IMG/VR virus record: IMGVR_UViG_3300014166_000001
Location: 1-54,719 of that record
Direction: 5' to 3' (one strand)
Length of the DNA: 54,719 bases
Source of the DNA: a virus
In this document: in pieces, positions 42,990 to 51,002 of the stretch
Layout of the letters: each line of letters opens with the position of its first letter
How positions within the stretch are numbered: position 1 is the stretch's first letter
The notes under the pieces: model-generated
Told to the model about the DNA's origin: nothing
Seen by the model: the letters and a program-made list of their open reading frames with translations, nothing else
The model's database searches: none
Translations under genes and position numbers: made by a program

Positions 42990-43642
42990 TGAGAGAGCGA
43001 ACTTACAAGAGCGGTCTGAACAAGACTCACCTCCGGGTTATTTCTTGTCTGGGAGAAGGCTACACCCATAAGGAAATTGCCCACGAACTGGGTATAAAAC
43101 AGAATTGCGTCTACTTCCACATCGGGAACATTTATCAGATCATGAGAATGAACCGTGTCGACCAACTTGTGAGACTCGCTATTGCCTTCGGTTTGTGCTC
43201 GCCTTTGTGCCTGTTGCTGTTTGCCGGGTGCGCGACCAAACCAAAGCCGACAGTTCCACCGATTCCTCCGGGTGTGACTAACGCTTTTACGATCCCGTTA
43301 GTTCCCATGATTCCCAAGGTTGCCGCAAAGCCGTTGCTTTCACCAAAGGCTTTGGCTAATCCTCCACCAAAGGCTCTGCTTGCTCCAGCCGCAGCTAAAC
43401 CCAGGGTCTATTTCATCCACATTGATTACCCGGCAGACGCGACCAATTACGTCTGGTGCCTGCAGGAGTCGGCTGACTCCGTGACGTGGAAATACATGAC
43501 GACAAATCTCATTACCCGGAACGGCTCGATTACGAGTGCCATGGCGATCTCTTTCAGGGGGAAAGCCGGTACTAATTCTTACCCAGTCCAGATGCCTCCT
43601 CACACCAAGGTTTACTTCTGGAGACTTAATGGCGTAAGGTAA
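42989..43642 (+). CDS. LuxR/GerE-type HTH fused to a lipoprotein-type signal/anchor and an extracytoplasmic Pro-rich + beta domain
   Basis: LRVISCLGEGYTHKEIAHELGIKQNCVYFHIGNIYQIMRMNRVDQLVRLA (HTH), then LCLLLFAGC (lipobox-like), then PKPTVPPIPPG. Confidence 0.55.
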   Translation: MRERTYKSGLNKTHLRVISCLGEGYTHKEIAHELGIKQNCVYFHIGNIYQIMRMNRVDQLVRLAIAFGLCSPLCLLLFAGCATKPKPTVPPIPPGVTNAFTIPLVPMIPKVAAKPLLSPKALANPPPKALLAPAAAKPRVYFIHIDYPADATNYVWCLQESADSVTWKYMTTNLITRNGSITSAMAISFRGKAGTNSYPVQMPPHTKVYFWRLNGVR

Positions 43643-43681
43643 CTCTCGAACCGAACCTGATGAACACCGTCGTGAACCTGA

Positions 43682-43921
43682 ATGAAAAAGGATCTAGTGA
43701 ATTGGAACACACTGCTTCTCACGCTGGGGTTTTCTTTCCTCGGATGGCAGGGAAACCGATCGGTGATTAAAATTGATGCCGCGCACGATGACATTATCAA
43801 GATTCAAAGCGTCATGGTTGGCAGGCAGGAGTTCGACGCCGAACTGACTGCCATCAAGTTGAGGATGGCATCCATCGAACTGGACATAATCACACTCAAA
43901 AAACTCAAATTAACCCAATGA
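43682..43921 (+). CDS. Small N-terminal TM + coiled-coil protein (holin or i-spanin-like)
   Basis: WNTLLLTLGFSFLGW TM segment followed by a heptad-like region. Overlaps the next ORF. Confidence 0.5.
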   Translation: MKKDLVNWNTLLLTLGFSFLGWQGNRSVIKIDAAHDDIIKIQSVMVGRQEFDAELTAIKLRMASIELDIITLKKLKLTQ

Positions 43922-44520
43922 AACTACGCTACCTCATACCGCTTTTGGTCGTCACTCTATTCGCTGCCTGCACCTCGTTTCACAACGGTGCGCCCCCAAC
44001 GAAAGTGGAAGAAGGGTTGTTTTCGATCGTCACTAATTACGTCCCGGTTATTGTCTACACGACGAACACGGTTGCCGGGCAACCTCCGGTGGTGACGACT
44101 CAAACCAACCAGGAGCCGCATTACACCTACACCCCGGGGCCCGGAGTTGGTGCGGTCAGGGACGCTGCTGCCCTTGTGCCAGGATACGGAGGGTTGATAG
44201 GCACTGGCGTTGGCGCACTGGCCGCGCTCTGGGCTTGGTTCAGGAGTTCGAAGCAGGGAAAGACTGCGGCGACCCTCGGCCAATCCGTGGAAACAATGCG
44301 GGAGTTTATTAAAACCCTCCCCAACGGAACCAACTATGACTCGGCTCTCACAGCCTGGTTGCAACAGCATCAGGTCGAGACTGGGACGGTTAACGATGTT
44401 CTCTCACTGCTCGAGAAGGAAGTGGACAACAAAGACGCCGTGGTCGCAGCCCAGCAGATACGCGCAACCATCGCGGCTCTGAACCCATCGGCCTTGCCTC
44501 CCAAACCCCCTGGAACCTGA
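43918..44520 (+). CDS. Putative lipoprotein with an additional central TM helix (spanin-like?)
   Basis: MKLRYLIPLLVVTLFAAC lipobox-like signal and GGLIGTGVGALAALWAWF TM. Confidence 0.55.
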   Translation: MKLRYLIPLLVVTLFAACTSFHNGAPPTKVEEGLFSIVTNYVPVIVYTTNTVAGQPPVVTTQTNQEPHYTYTPGPGVGAVRDAAALVPGYGGLIGTGVGALAALWAWFRSSKQGKTAATLGQSVETMREFIKTLPNGTNYDSALTAWLQQHQVETGTVNDVLSLLEKEVDNKDAVVAAQQIRATIAALNPSALPPKPPGT

Positions 44521-44532
44521 TCCCTCAACGCA

Positions 44533-44688
44533 TTAGTGCAACCTCGTAATATCGTCAATGCGGTCGCGCGCCAGCTCGTGCTCGCCGCCGTCCTGGTCAA
44601 CAACGATATACCGACCGTCCTCTGTGACGTCATCAACGATGCCCCAGCGGCACCCGTCGAACACGACTTCGCAGCCAATGTCATTCAT
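44533..44688 (-). CDS. Hypothetical small protein
   Basis: MNDIGCEVVFDGCRWGIVDDV... ATGA-coupled to the upstream ORF. Confidence 0.4.
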   Translation of the reverse strand: MNDIGCEVVFDGCRWGIVDDVTEDGRYIVVDQDGGEHELARDRIDDITRLH

Positions 44689-44840
44689 AAAAGAAGTTTG
44701 GGGTTTAGGCGCACCAGTTGTCCCGGTTCGCACTTGGCCACCCAGACTTTCCGCATAGTTTCCACGCACCTATGGCGAGCCTCACGGTTAGGATAACGGC
44801 GCAGAAGCATTGCTCTGAGTAAGTCACGCGGTATTTTCAC
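44685..44840 (-). CDS. Hypothetical small basic protein (GTG start)
   Basis: GTGA overlap with the upstream ORF stop at 44837. Confidence 0.35.
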   Translation of the reverse strand: MKIPRDLLRAMLLRRYPNREARHRCVETMRKVWVAKCEPGQLVRLNPKLLL

Positions 44841-45118
44841 CTTGGCCTCCGCGCATACGTTTCCTGATCCACGATCCAAGGGCCCTCGACAAATTCATCC
44901 ATGCCCAGCGGGTTAAGGACGGGCGTTGGTTGCGGTCGCGGCGTCGTATCTCGCTCGAACCTCACCAGCGTTTCGTTCTCCTCCAGCCGCACGGCGGCCA
45001 GCTCGTCCTGGAGAGAGTGGATACGAACCTCGCTCCGGGCAGCCTCCTCGGGCTTAATGTCGCGCCAGAGGTCACAGTTGTGCCGCTCGCGCGCTATGGC
45101 TTGCTCAATGGCGTTCAT
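44837..45118 (-). CDS. Hypothetical protein
   Basis: 93-aa ORF directly downstream of the ERF gene. Confidence 0.5.
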   Translation of the reverse strand: MNAIEQAIARERHNCDLWRDIKPEEAARSEVRIHSLQDELAAVRLEENETLVRFERDTTPRPQPTPVLNPLGMDEFVEGPWIVDQETYARRPR

Positions 45119-45120
45119 TA

Positions 45121-46329
45121 TCAGTCCTTTTTGGTAAACCCGTGATATCTGCCAGCGTCATCAAGCATCTCGCGGAACTTGGTGTCTTTGGTGATCGTCT
45201 CGGGCTTTTTAGCGCGCCCGTTGTATTCAGTCTCGACCTTAAAGTTGGCCCAGAGCCCGAACAGGTATTTCTTTTCCAACTCACCCAAGACCACGCCAGC
45301 CTGTTTCCCGAACGGCATTGGAAAACTACGCCATGCCTCGACGGTCTCAGGCGGCGTTGCGGGCTCGGCGGCCCGCGCGACCTCGACCGGTTTGGCCAGC
45401 TTGGGCTCGCTTTCCCCATTCGGCGGGAACGCCGGCTTTGCCTCGGCGCCTTCGGTGAAAGAGACAATCGCCACTTTCAACGCCTCAAACTGCTTCTTTG
45501 TCACAGGAACGAACCGTAGCGGCAGGTCGGCCAGGCTCTCGGTCGGGAGGAGATACCCGACCTTCTGAAAGTACTCCAGGGCGGGCTGTGCGAAGTCCGC
45601 CAAGCTCTCGATCAGCTTTGTGCGGCTTTCCGGGGTAGCAGGCTCGATTGTGGGCTTCGTAGACGCAGCCGCTACCGGTTGGGGCTCATTCTGAGACTTG
45701 CCCCCTACCTTGATACCCTCTTTTTTGTCCTGGGGCATTTTAGGAGGTTCTTCCCCACTGGTTATGCTGTCATCGTCGGAGTCACCGGTTAAAATGCCCA
45801 AAGCGTTGCAAAACGCATATCTTTTCGCAAAGGTGAGAGCAGAGGCGAACTTTTGGGCCGCGTTCATGTAAGCTTCCGGGTCGATTGGGACCTTAAACTC
45901 GCTTTTCTCGCTGTGCCCCAGGCAATGCTTGACGGTGCAAACCGCCGTCACCCAGTCCTTGTCAACGATGGCTGTCTCGGTATGAGACAACCCATGTTTT
46001 TCGAGCAGTCCTTTGACTTGGGATACAATAACGTCCAGCGGGGCGAACCGGTAACGGACGGCCGTGCTGTTCTTCTGGTGGACGACTTGGGACTTTACGA
46101 TCACCGGACATTCAGCCTGGAACGCGGCGAGGGAGCGGTCAAAGGCTGACCGGGCGGCTTCTGCTTGCAGCTCTCGGCGCATTACCATCAACCGCTCGAG
46201 CACTTCGACGGCGGCTTTAGCGTCAACGGCCTTTTCGAGCAAGCCCTCGACGTTTATGCCGGCTATCGCGCCCGAAGCAATGGGGACGGGCAAAAGGTCG
46301 CTCATGTTTCCCTCTCGGATCTTGAACAT
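45121..46329 (-). CDS. erf: ERF-family single-strand annealing protein with a long C-terminal extension
   Basis: RYRFAPLDVIVSQVKGLLEKHGLS..., AQKFASALTFAKRYAFCNALGILTGDSDDD (ERF signature). Confidence 0.8.
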   Translation of the reverse strand: MFKIREGNMSDLLPVPIASGAIAGINVEGLLEKAVDAKAAVEVLERLMVMRRELQAEAARSAFDRSLAAFQAECPVIVKSQVVHQKNSTAVRYRFAPLDVIVSQVKGLLEKHGLSHTETAIVDKDWVTAVCTVKHCLGHSEKSEFKVPIDPEAYMNAAQKFASALTFAKRYAFCNALGILTGDSDDDSITSGEEPPKMPQDKKEGIKVGGKSQNEPQPVAAASTKPTIEPATPESRTKLIESLADFAQPALEYFQKVGYLLPTESLADLPLRFVPVTKKQFEALKVAIVSFTEGAEAKPAFPPNGESEPKLAKPVEVARAAEPATPPETVEAWRSFPMPFGKQAGVVLGELEKKYLFGLWANFKVETEYNGRAKKPETITKDTKFREMLDDAGRYHGFTKKD

Positions 46330-46354
46330 TCACGAAACGGTTCAATGATGGTGC

Positions 46355-46594
46355 TCATAGCTGCATTGCGCGTTCGAGTGTTTCAAGAGCCCTCGCTGGG
46401 GCGCCCTTGCGTATCCAACAAGCCGCCTCGACCAGGCTGATCCGCAGCTTGTCCTCACGGCTCAGGTCCATGCCGGCGACCGGCGCCAGAGGTTCGCAGC
46501 AAAAGCCGCTGACCATATCGTTAAGGTTCTGGACTTCGCAACCCATCCTCACGGCCATCTCGCGTTGCTGCTCAGGCGTTAGGCGTTGGCTCAT
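46355..46594 (-). CDS. Hypothetical protein
   Basis: ORF with an internal ATG that is ATGA-coupled to the upstream ORF. Confidence 0.4.
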   Translation of the reverse strand: MSQRLTPEQQREMAVRMGCEVQNLNDMVSGFCCEPLAPVAGMDLSREDKLRISLVEAACWIRKGAPARALETLERAMQL

Positions 46595-46758
46595 GGCTTT
46601 GCCTCCTCGGCGCTCGACGGTTGCGATTCGACCGGGCATTCCATGACGACATAGCCGCTGGACTGCGTGATAGCGATGCCCGTGATCGGGCCGTAAACGA
46701 GCTGCAGAGCCGTTTTAACCTCCTCGTACGTCCATTCCCTGGTGTGTTTTGTTCTCAT
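46591..46758 (-). CDS. Hypothetical small protein
   Basis: ATGA-coupled on both sides. Confidence 0.4.
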   Translation of the reverse strand: MRTKHTREWTYEEVKTALQLVYGPITGIAITQSSGYVVMECPVESQPSSAEEAKP

Positions 46759-47057
46759 GCGGCTTGCGGTTGGGGTTCGAGTGAGTTGAGTGAGTTGAGG
46801 ATAAAAACCTTCACGTTGTCCGTTGACTTCCATTTGTTCACCTTGGCCATGAAGTCCCGTTTCTTCATGCGAAGCGAGATCCAGAGGTAATCAGTCCCGA
46901 TGAGCGAATTAGCCCCCATGGTGATCGCACTTTCGGAGTCGGCGATGCCCTCGACCACTGCCCCGCTTTGGGTGTCGTGATAACGGAAGGCGTGGTAGGT
47001 GTTTCCATTGCGATCAAGCTCGCTTGAAAAGGTCTGCAGAACTGCCTTTATTTTCAT
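46755..47057 (-). CDS. Hypothetical protein
   Basis: 100-aa ORF preceded by a promoter-like element and a GGAAA SD-like motif. Confidence 0.55.
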   Translation of the reverse strand: MKIKAVLQTFSSELDRNGNTYHAFRYHDTQSGAVVEGIADSESAITMGANSLIGTDYLWISLRMKKRDFMAKVNKWKSTDNVKVFILNSLNSLEPQPQAA

Positions 47058-47084
47058 AATTCTGTTTTCCTGCCGGTTAAAGGG

Positions 47085-47112
47085 ATATTACCCACTGTAT
47101 CAATACTGTCAA
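47085..47112 (-). promoter_or_regulatory. Near-consensus sigma70-type promoter TTGACA-N16-TAATAT
   Basis: Minus-strand reading of the 55-nt gap between the genes at 47113 and 47057. Confidence 0.45.
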
Positions 47113-47307
47113 TTACTTTCCCAGCCAATCGAGCTTTTTCCGCTCCTCACGTTTCGCCGCTAGGCGAGCGCGCGCAAGAACGAGCCCGGCGCGCAGCTTG
47201 GCTTTGTGGGCCTCGCTAAACTGTCGATGCGTGCCGCGGTTGATCTGCGAAAGCACATCGCCCGCGTTAAGCGGTTGCTGGCAATGGGGGCAAGGCACGG
47301 TTTTCAT
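47113..47307 (-). CDS. Small Zn-ribbon-like basic protein
   Basis: MKTVPCPHCQQ... An internal ATG of the 149-aa ORF, ATGA-coupled to the upstream gene. Confidence 0.4.
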   Translation of the reverse strand: MKTVPCPHCQQPLNAGDVLSQINRGTHRQFSEAHKAKLRAGLVLARARLAAKREERKKLDWLGK

Positions 47308-47504
47308 GCTGCTGCTTTGGGCAGGTAGACCCCGGAATTTGAAAGCACGATAGACCCGTTTTGGATCAGGTCGTTCAAGGCGTCGTGAATGGTGCCGGGG
47401 GCGAGCCAAGGAAGAACTGACCGCACACCCTCGACCAATTCCCGCAGGTCGGCCGCCCCGGACATGCGGACCAGGAACAACACCAGCTTTTGCACTTCGC
47501 TCAT
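47304..47504 (-). CDS. Small winged-helix-like protein
   Basis: MSEVQKLVLFLVRMSGAADLRELVEGV... Confidence 0.4.
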   Translation of the reverse strand: MSEVQKLVLFLVRMSGAADLRELVEGVRSVLPWLAPGTIHDALNDLIQNGSIVLSNSGVYLPKAAA

Positions 47505-47656
47505 AAATACTCCCGGATAAACCGCTTGACCGCGGGCGCAAATTGCCAAGCAACCCACGCAATGCTTCCCATTACCGCGATGCCAAAGATATGTGGATAT
47601 TTGGGGAACACGATGGCCGGTCCGAGCAGCACGAAAGCGATGGTGAAGTGTCTCAT
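47501..47656 (-). CDS. Small two-TM membrane protein (51 aa; below the ORF-track cutoff)
   Basis: My own translation: MRHFTIAFVLLGPAIVFPKYPHIFGIAVMGSIAWVAWQFAPAVKRFIREYL. ATGA overlaps at both ends. Confidence 0.4.
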   Translation of the reverse strand: MRHFTIAFVLLGPAIVFPKYPHIFGIAVMGSIAWVAWQFAPAVKRFIREYL

Positions 47657-48036
47657 GCGTCCTTTTTGCCAATGGCTTTGCCTAAAGCATCCAGCGCCAG
47701 TTTCATAAGGGCGTCAATGTTGAAGTCGAAGGTATTGCCGTGGGCCGCCTGAATTCGCTTCTGGCGTGTGGCCATGCTCCTGATAGGACTGACCGCTTTG
47801 CGTAGTTCCTGCTCGCTTATTGTTCCGTGGGTGTCGTGCTGGATATTGCCGGCAGTTCGCAGCAGGTCCATAAGACGTGTAGCAGCCTTCGACGGGGCAG
47901 ACCAATAAGCCCAGCCGTCAGACTGAGCGTTAACCGACTCCATGAGGGTGTGCAGGATAGCCACGCCTTTTCTCACGTTGGGGCAGGCATGGCTATTTGA
48001 TGCCATAATTTCAATGTCGCTTTGGTTCATGTTCAT
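47653..48036 (-). CDS. Hypothetical protein
   Basis: 127-aa ORF. Confidence 0.5.
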   Translation of the reverse strand: MNMNQSDIEIMASNSHACPNVRKGVAILHTLMESVNAQSDGWAYWSAPSKAATRLMDLLRTAGNIQHDTHGTISEQELRKAVSPIRSMATRQKRIQAAHGNTFDFNIDALMKLALDALGKAIGKKDA

Positions 48037-48101
48037 AGGCTTGTCACCTTGGCGATTGCCTGCTTAAGGGCTTCACACTTGCTCGTGTAATTGCTCATAA
48101 T

Positions 48102-48551
48102 TCAGTCTTCCCGCACAATCGCGGCGATAAAATGATGATGCGCTTTGCCCGCACAAACCCGGTATCCGGGCACGTACCCAGCCTCGTACCACACGAGCGC
48201 GGCCCCACATTTCGGGCATGGAGTCAAATCAATCTCTAGCCACATACCGGTATTTGCTCGCTCCCAAGCGAATTGCGGCTCGTTAGCGAAACGGTAAGCT
48301 GGCGCATACCCAGATGCGGGAGCGCCATCCTCATTTACCGGTGCCAGCACAACCACAATCCCAGGCGGTGGTGTCTGGTAATAGTAGGCATTATCTCGGA
48401 TCGTAGAGACACCAATTAATGCCTCACGCGCCGCAATTGTCATTCGCTTGTCACCTCGAACACACCCTTCGAACTTCGCGTGCTTATGTTCCGGGAATAC
48501 GCCTTTTCTTTTTTGGTCTTTGAGTGTCAGGATTACTTTCTTCTTTTGCAT
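48102..48551 (-). CDS. Hypothetical protein with a C-terminal CPKC...C..K.HHH motif (start uncertain)
   Basis: ORF. The ATG at 48551 lies 9 nt after a -10-like hexamer, so the transcript may be leaderless. Confidence 0.45.
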   Translation of the reverse strand: MQKKKVILTLKDQKRKGVFPEHKHAKFEGCVRGDKRMTIAAREALIGVSTIRDNAYYYQTPPPGIVVVLAPVNEDGAPASGYAPAYRFANEPQFAWERANTGMWLEIDLTPCPKCGAALVWYEAGYVPGYRVCAGKAHHHFIAAIVRED

Positions 48552-48560
48552 ATACCCCAC

Positions 48561-48589
48561 TGTATAACACAGCATCCTCTTACTGTCAA
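48561..48589 (-). promoter_or_regulatory. Sigma70-type promoter TTGACA-N17-TATACA
   Basis: Minus-strand reading. Shares the ATACAGTGGG element with the promoter at 47085-47112. Confidence 0.4.
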
Positions 48590-48628
48590 CTTCCATCTGT
48601 TTGCTTCCCGTGTTATCTTCCATTTCCT

Positions 48629-48970
48629 ATGGCCCAGATGCCTCCCGTATTAACCCCTTTCACTTCGGAAACCGCCAAACGCGCTAATGCCGCATCTCGT
48701 GAGAAAAGGCGTAGAAATTTAGCTGCCCAAAATTTGGACGGTATCGCCAAGGGTAAAAGAGGACTGGGATGGTCCCTGCGAGATGTGGTCTTGGTTGCTC
48801 GAGATGCACTCGAACGGGTCAAGCGGCTTGAGGAGCGTATTGAGCGCGGCGGCCGGCCACGCAAGCCAGAGGACGAGTTATCTCGCCCACGGCCCAAGGT
48901 CGACACCAGCATTAACGACCTGCCAGAGCCTACGCTGCCAAGCAAGCCGACAGAACAGATCCACGACTAA
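48629..48970 (+). CDS. Basic protein, possibly DNA-binding (small-terminase-like N-terminus is speculative)
   Basis: MAQMPPVLTPFTSETAKRANAASREKRRRN... 113 aa. Confidence 0.45.
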   Translation: MAQMPPVLTPFTSETAKRANAASREKRRRNLAAQNLDGIAKGKRGLGWSLRDVVLVARDALERVKRLEERIERGGRPRKPEDELSRPRPKVDTSINDLPEPTLPSKPTEQIHD

Positions 48971-49545
48971 TCCATGCGGTGAAAGGGATGTAGGGGGTTA
49001 GTAAGGGGGATTACCCACCACCTTGTCAAGAACAAAGTTCTTTGTATGGCAAAGCAAGGCTGCCTAGGACAAGCATTCTTTTATCGTCAGGGGTCCCCAC
49101 GGTGTGCCCCCGGCCACCACCGCAGGCGCGCGACCAGTTTTTAGTCACCACCCACTTTTATGCAAGCAGGTTTTTGCAGGAAAGGGACAGCGAGAATTTT
49201 AAGGGAGGGGTTTCAGTGGTTAGCCTTCGGGGACAGAGACGGAGTAGGTTACTGATCTATGATGAGTGAATAGGGGAGTGTTAGAGGGGTTTTTGGGTTT
49301 GGTGTCGAGATTTATTTTCTGGAAGTGAAAACGGTGGGCTCGGGAGTAGTATACCATTTTGGCATAGTCAGTTTGTGTTATGACAATGGTCAATGTCAAT
49401 TAGAGGATATCTCTTTACATAATGGTGAGATGCAACTCAAAGTTGATTGATGTCTAGTATACCAAAAAGGTATGGTCGATGGTGGGAGCATGCTAAAAGA
49501 GTATGGTGGGCAAATGGGTGGAAAGTCTCATAATTTGGGAAAAAT

Positions 49546-50097
49546 ATGAGCGTAAGCAAACGGGCGCGTTTTGAGATTTTCAAACGGGACGGGTTCATGT
49601 GCCTGTACTGCGGTCGCAAGCCTCCGGAGGTGACATTGGAGGTGGACCACATGATAGCCAAGGCAAGCGGTGGGGGAGACGACACGGTGAATCTGGTGAC
49701 CAGTTGTGTTGAGTGCAACCAAGGGAAGAGCGACAGGCCGCTGACTCAGATACCACATCAGCACCTTCCTAGTGTGGCTGAGAGGCACGAAAAGATTGAA
49801 CAGTTAAGAGCATTGGCTGAACTGACTTTGTGCAATTCTCAACTGGAGGATGAGCAGTGGTATCTTGTGAGCGATTTATGGATGAAGCTGCAGGGAGAGG
49901 AGCTCGACAAGTATGAACTGTCAGGAAGGCTTGCCACGGCTGTACGTCGGTTTCTAAAACTGCTGCCTCTGGAGGAGGTATTGGATGCGGTGAAGGCGAC
50001 CTTTGACAATACCAATGGCAACGATCGCTACTTCTACGGGGTGTGCCGGAGGAAGATCGAGAGAAGGAAAAACCCGCTTGCTAAACCGCCCGATTAA
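49546..50097 (+). CDS. HNH endonuclease (canonical HNH/EndoVII-type)
   Basis: RDGFMCLYCGRKP...LEVDHMIAKASGG.DDTVNLVTSCVECNQGK. Confidence 0.85.
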   Translation: MSVSKRARFEIFKRDGFMCLYCGRKPPEVTLEVDHMIAKASGGGDDTVNLVTSCVECNQGKSDRPLTQIPHQHLPSVAERHEKIEQLRALAELTLCNSQLEDEQWYLVSDLWMKLQGEELDKYELSGRLATAVRRFLKLLPLEEVLDAVKATFDNTNGNDRYFYGVCRRKIERRKNPLAKPPD

Positions 50098-50173
50098 TTC
50101 AATGCAAACCGGGCGATGGAACTGGAGGGGTTTGAACCGCAGAAGAAACGCAAGAGGCTAGGCTGACGTCGAC

Positions 50174-50578
50174 TCACGCGGCCGGCCTTTCTGGTGCCGG
50201 CCCCAGGCTCCGCATCACCTCGGGCCTGCCGGGTTCATTGCGAAAGTTGAGTTGGGCTTTAAGCTTCTGGTAAGCGAGCTCGAGATCTACCGGGTCGGGA
50301 TTGGGATTGGTTATGAGAATTTGACACAGGTCGCAGGCAAGGACGGTAGCGGCGTCTCTGGGTTGTCTGTTCGCTTTTGACTCGTCGGCAACTCGTCTGA
50401 TAACCCGCACGGCGGCCAATGCGGTGGAAATCAATCCTTCCGGTGTGGCGCAATTACGGTTGGACTTCTGGCGGGAAGCCAGTTCAAAAATGTCGTGGAG
50501 CGCGGTTCGGTATTCGTCGCGCTCTTTCTGAGCGGAATCGAGTAAGGCTTGAAGTTCTCCGATTGAAGATAGACTCAT
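50174..50578 (-). CDS. Hypothetical protein
   Basis: 134-aa ORF. Confidence 0.5.
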   Translation of the reverse strand: MSLSSIGELQALLDSAQKERDEYRTALHDIFELASRQKSNRNCATPEGLISTALAAVRVIRRVADESKANRQPRDAATVLACDLCQILITNPNPDPVDLELAYQKLKAQLNFRNEPGRPEVMRSLGPAPERPAA

Positions 50579-50772
50579 GGCAGCTTGTAACTCTCGTTGA
50601 TGAGCAGGAATTTGCTGTGATCTGTGGAGTTGTTAGGGTGTACCTGTATCGTAACCCCCACTATACCGGGTCTGTCGTACTCCGGGTGGAGGGGGATTAT
50701 GGTGCGGATCATACCTTGTATCGCACGTTGCTGTATCGTGCGCTTCAGGCGTTTGGTGATTGGTACACTCAT
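50575..50772 (-). CDS. Hypothetical small protein
   Basis: Internal ATG (MSVPITKRLK). ATGA-coupled to the downstream gene. Confidence 0.4.
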   Translation of the reverse strand: MSVPITKRLKRTIQQRAIQGMIRTIIPLHPEYDRPGIVGVTIQVHPNNSTDHSKFLLINESYKLP

Positions 50773-51002
50773 GGCTAAAGAGCGGCGGCATGGGGAAGGA
50801 GAACTCCTTGGCAGGTCAAACTCTGCTCTTGGCGCTGCCGCGGCACCCATCGTGCATTTAGGGCGGTGTTTAGGAAGATCGAAGTCCCTGCCCCGGTGTG
50901 CTAGAAAACTTGGAAGATTTCTCCGAAGCAGGAACCAAATTAATATTGTTCGCTAGCACACGAACTTTATACACCCCCGTTGCCGGGGATGCAAGAATTA
51001 TT

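Noticed and set aside
49042-49269. 75-aa ORF in the large intergenic region
   Set aside because: It has no start context or coupling, its composition is atypical, and it sits among repeats and palindromes. I treat it as non-coding.
50181-50203. GGCCGGC-N9-GCCGGCC hairpin as a bidirectional terminator between convergent genes
   Set aside because: It lies inside the 3' coding end of 50174-50578 and lacks a U-tract on either strand. Evidence is too weak to annotate.
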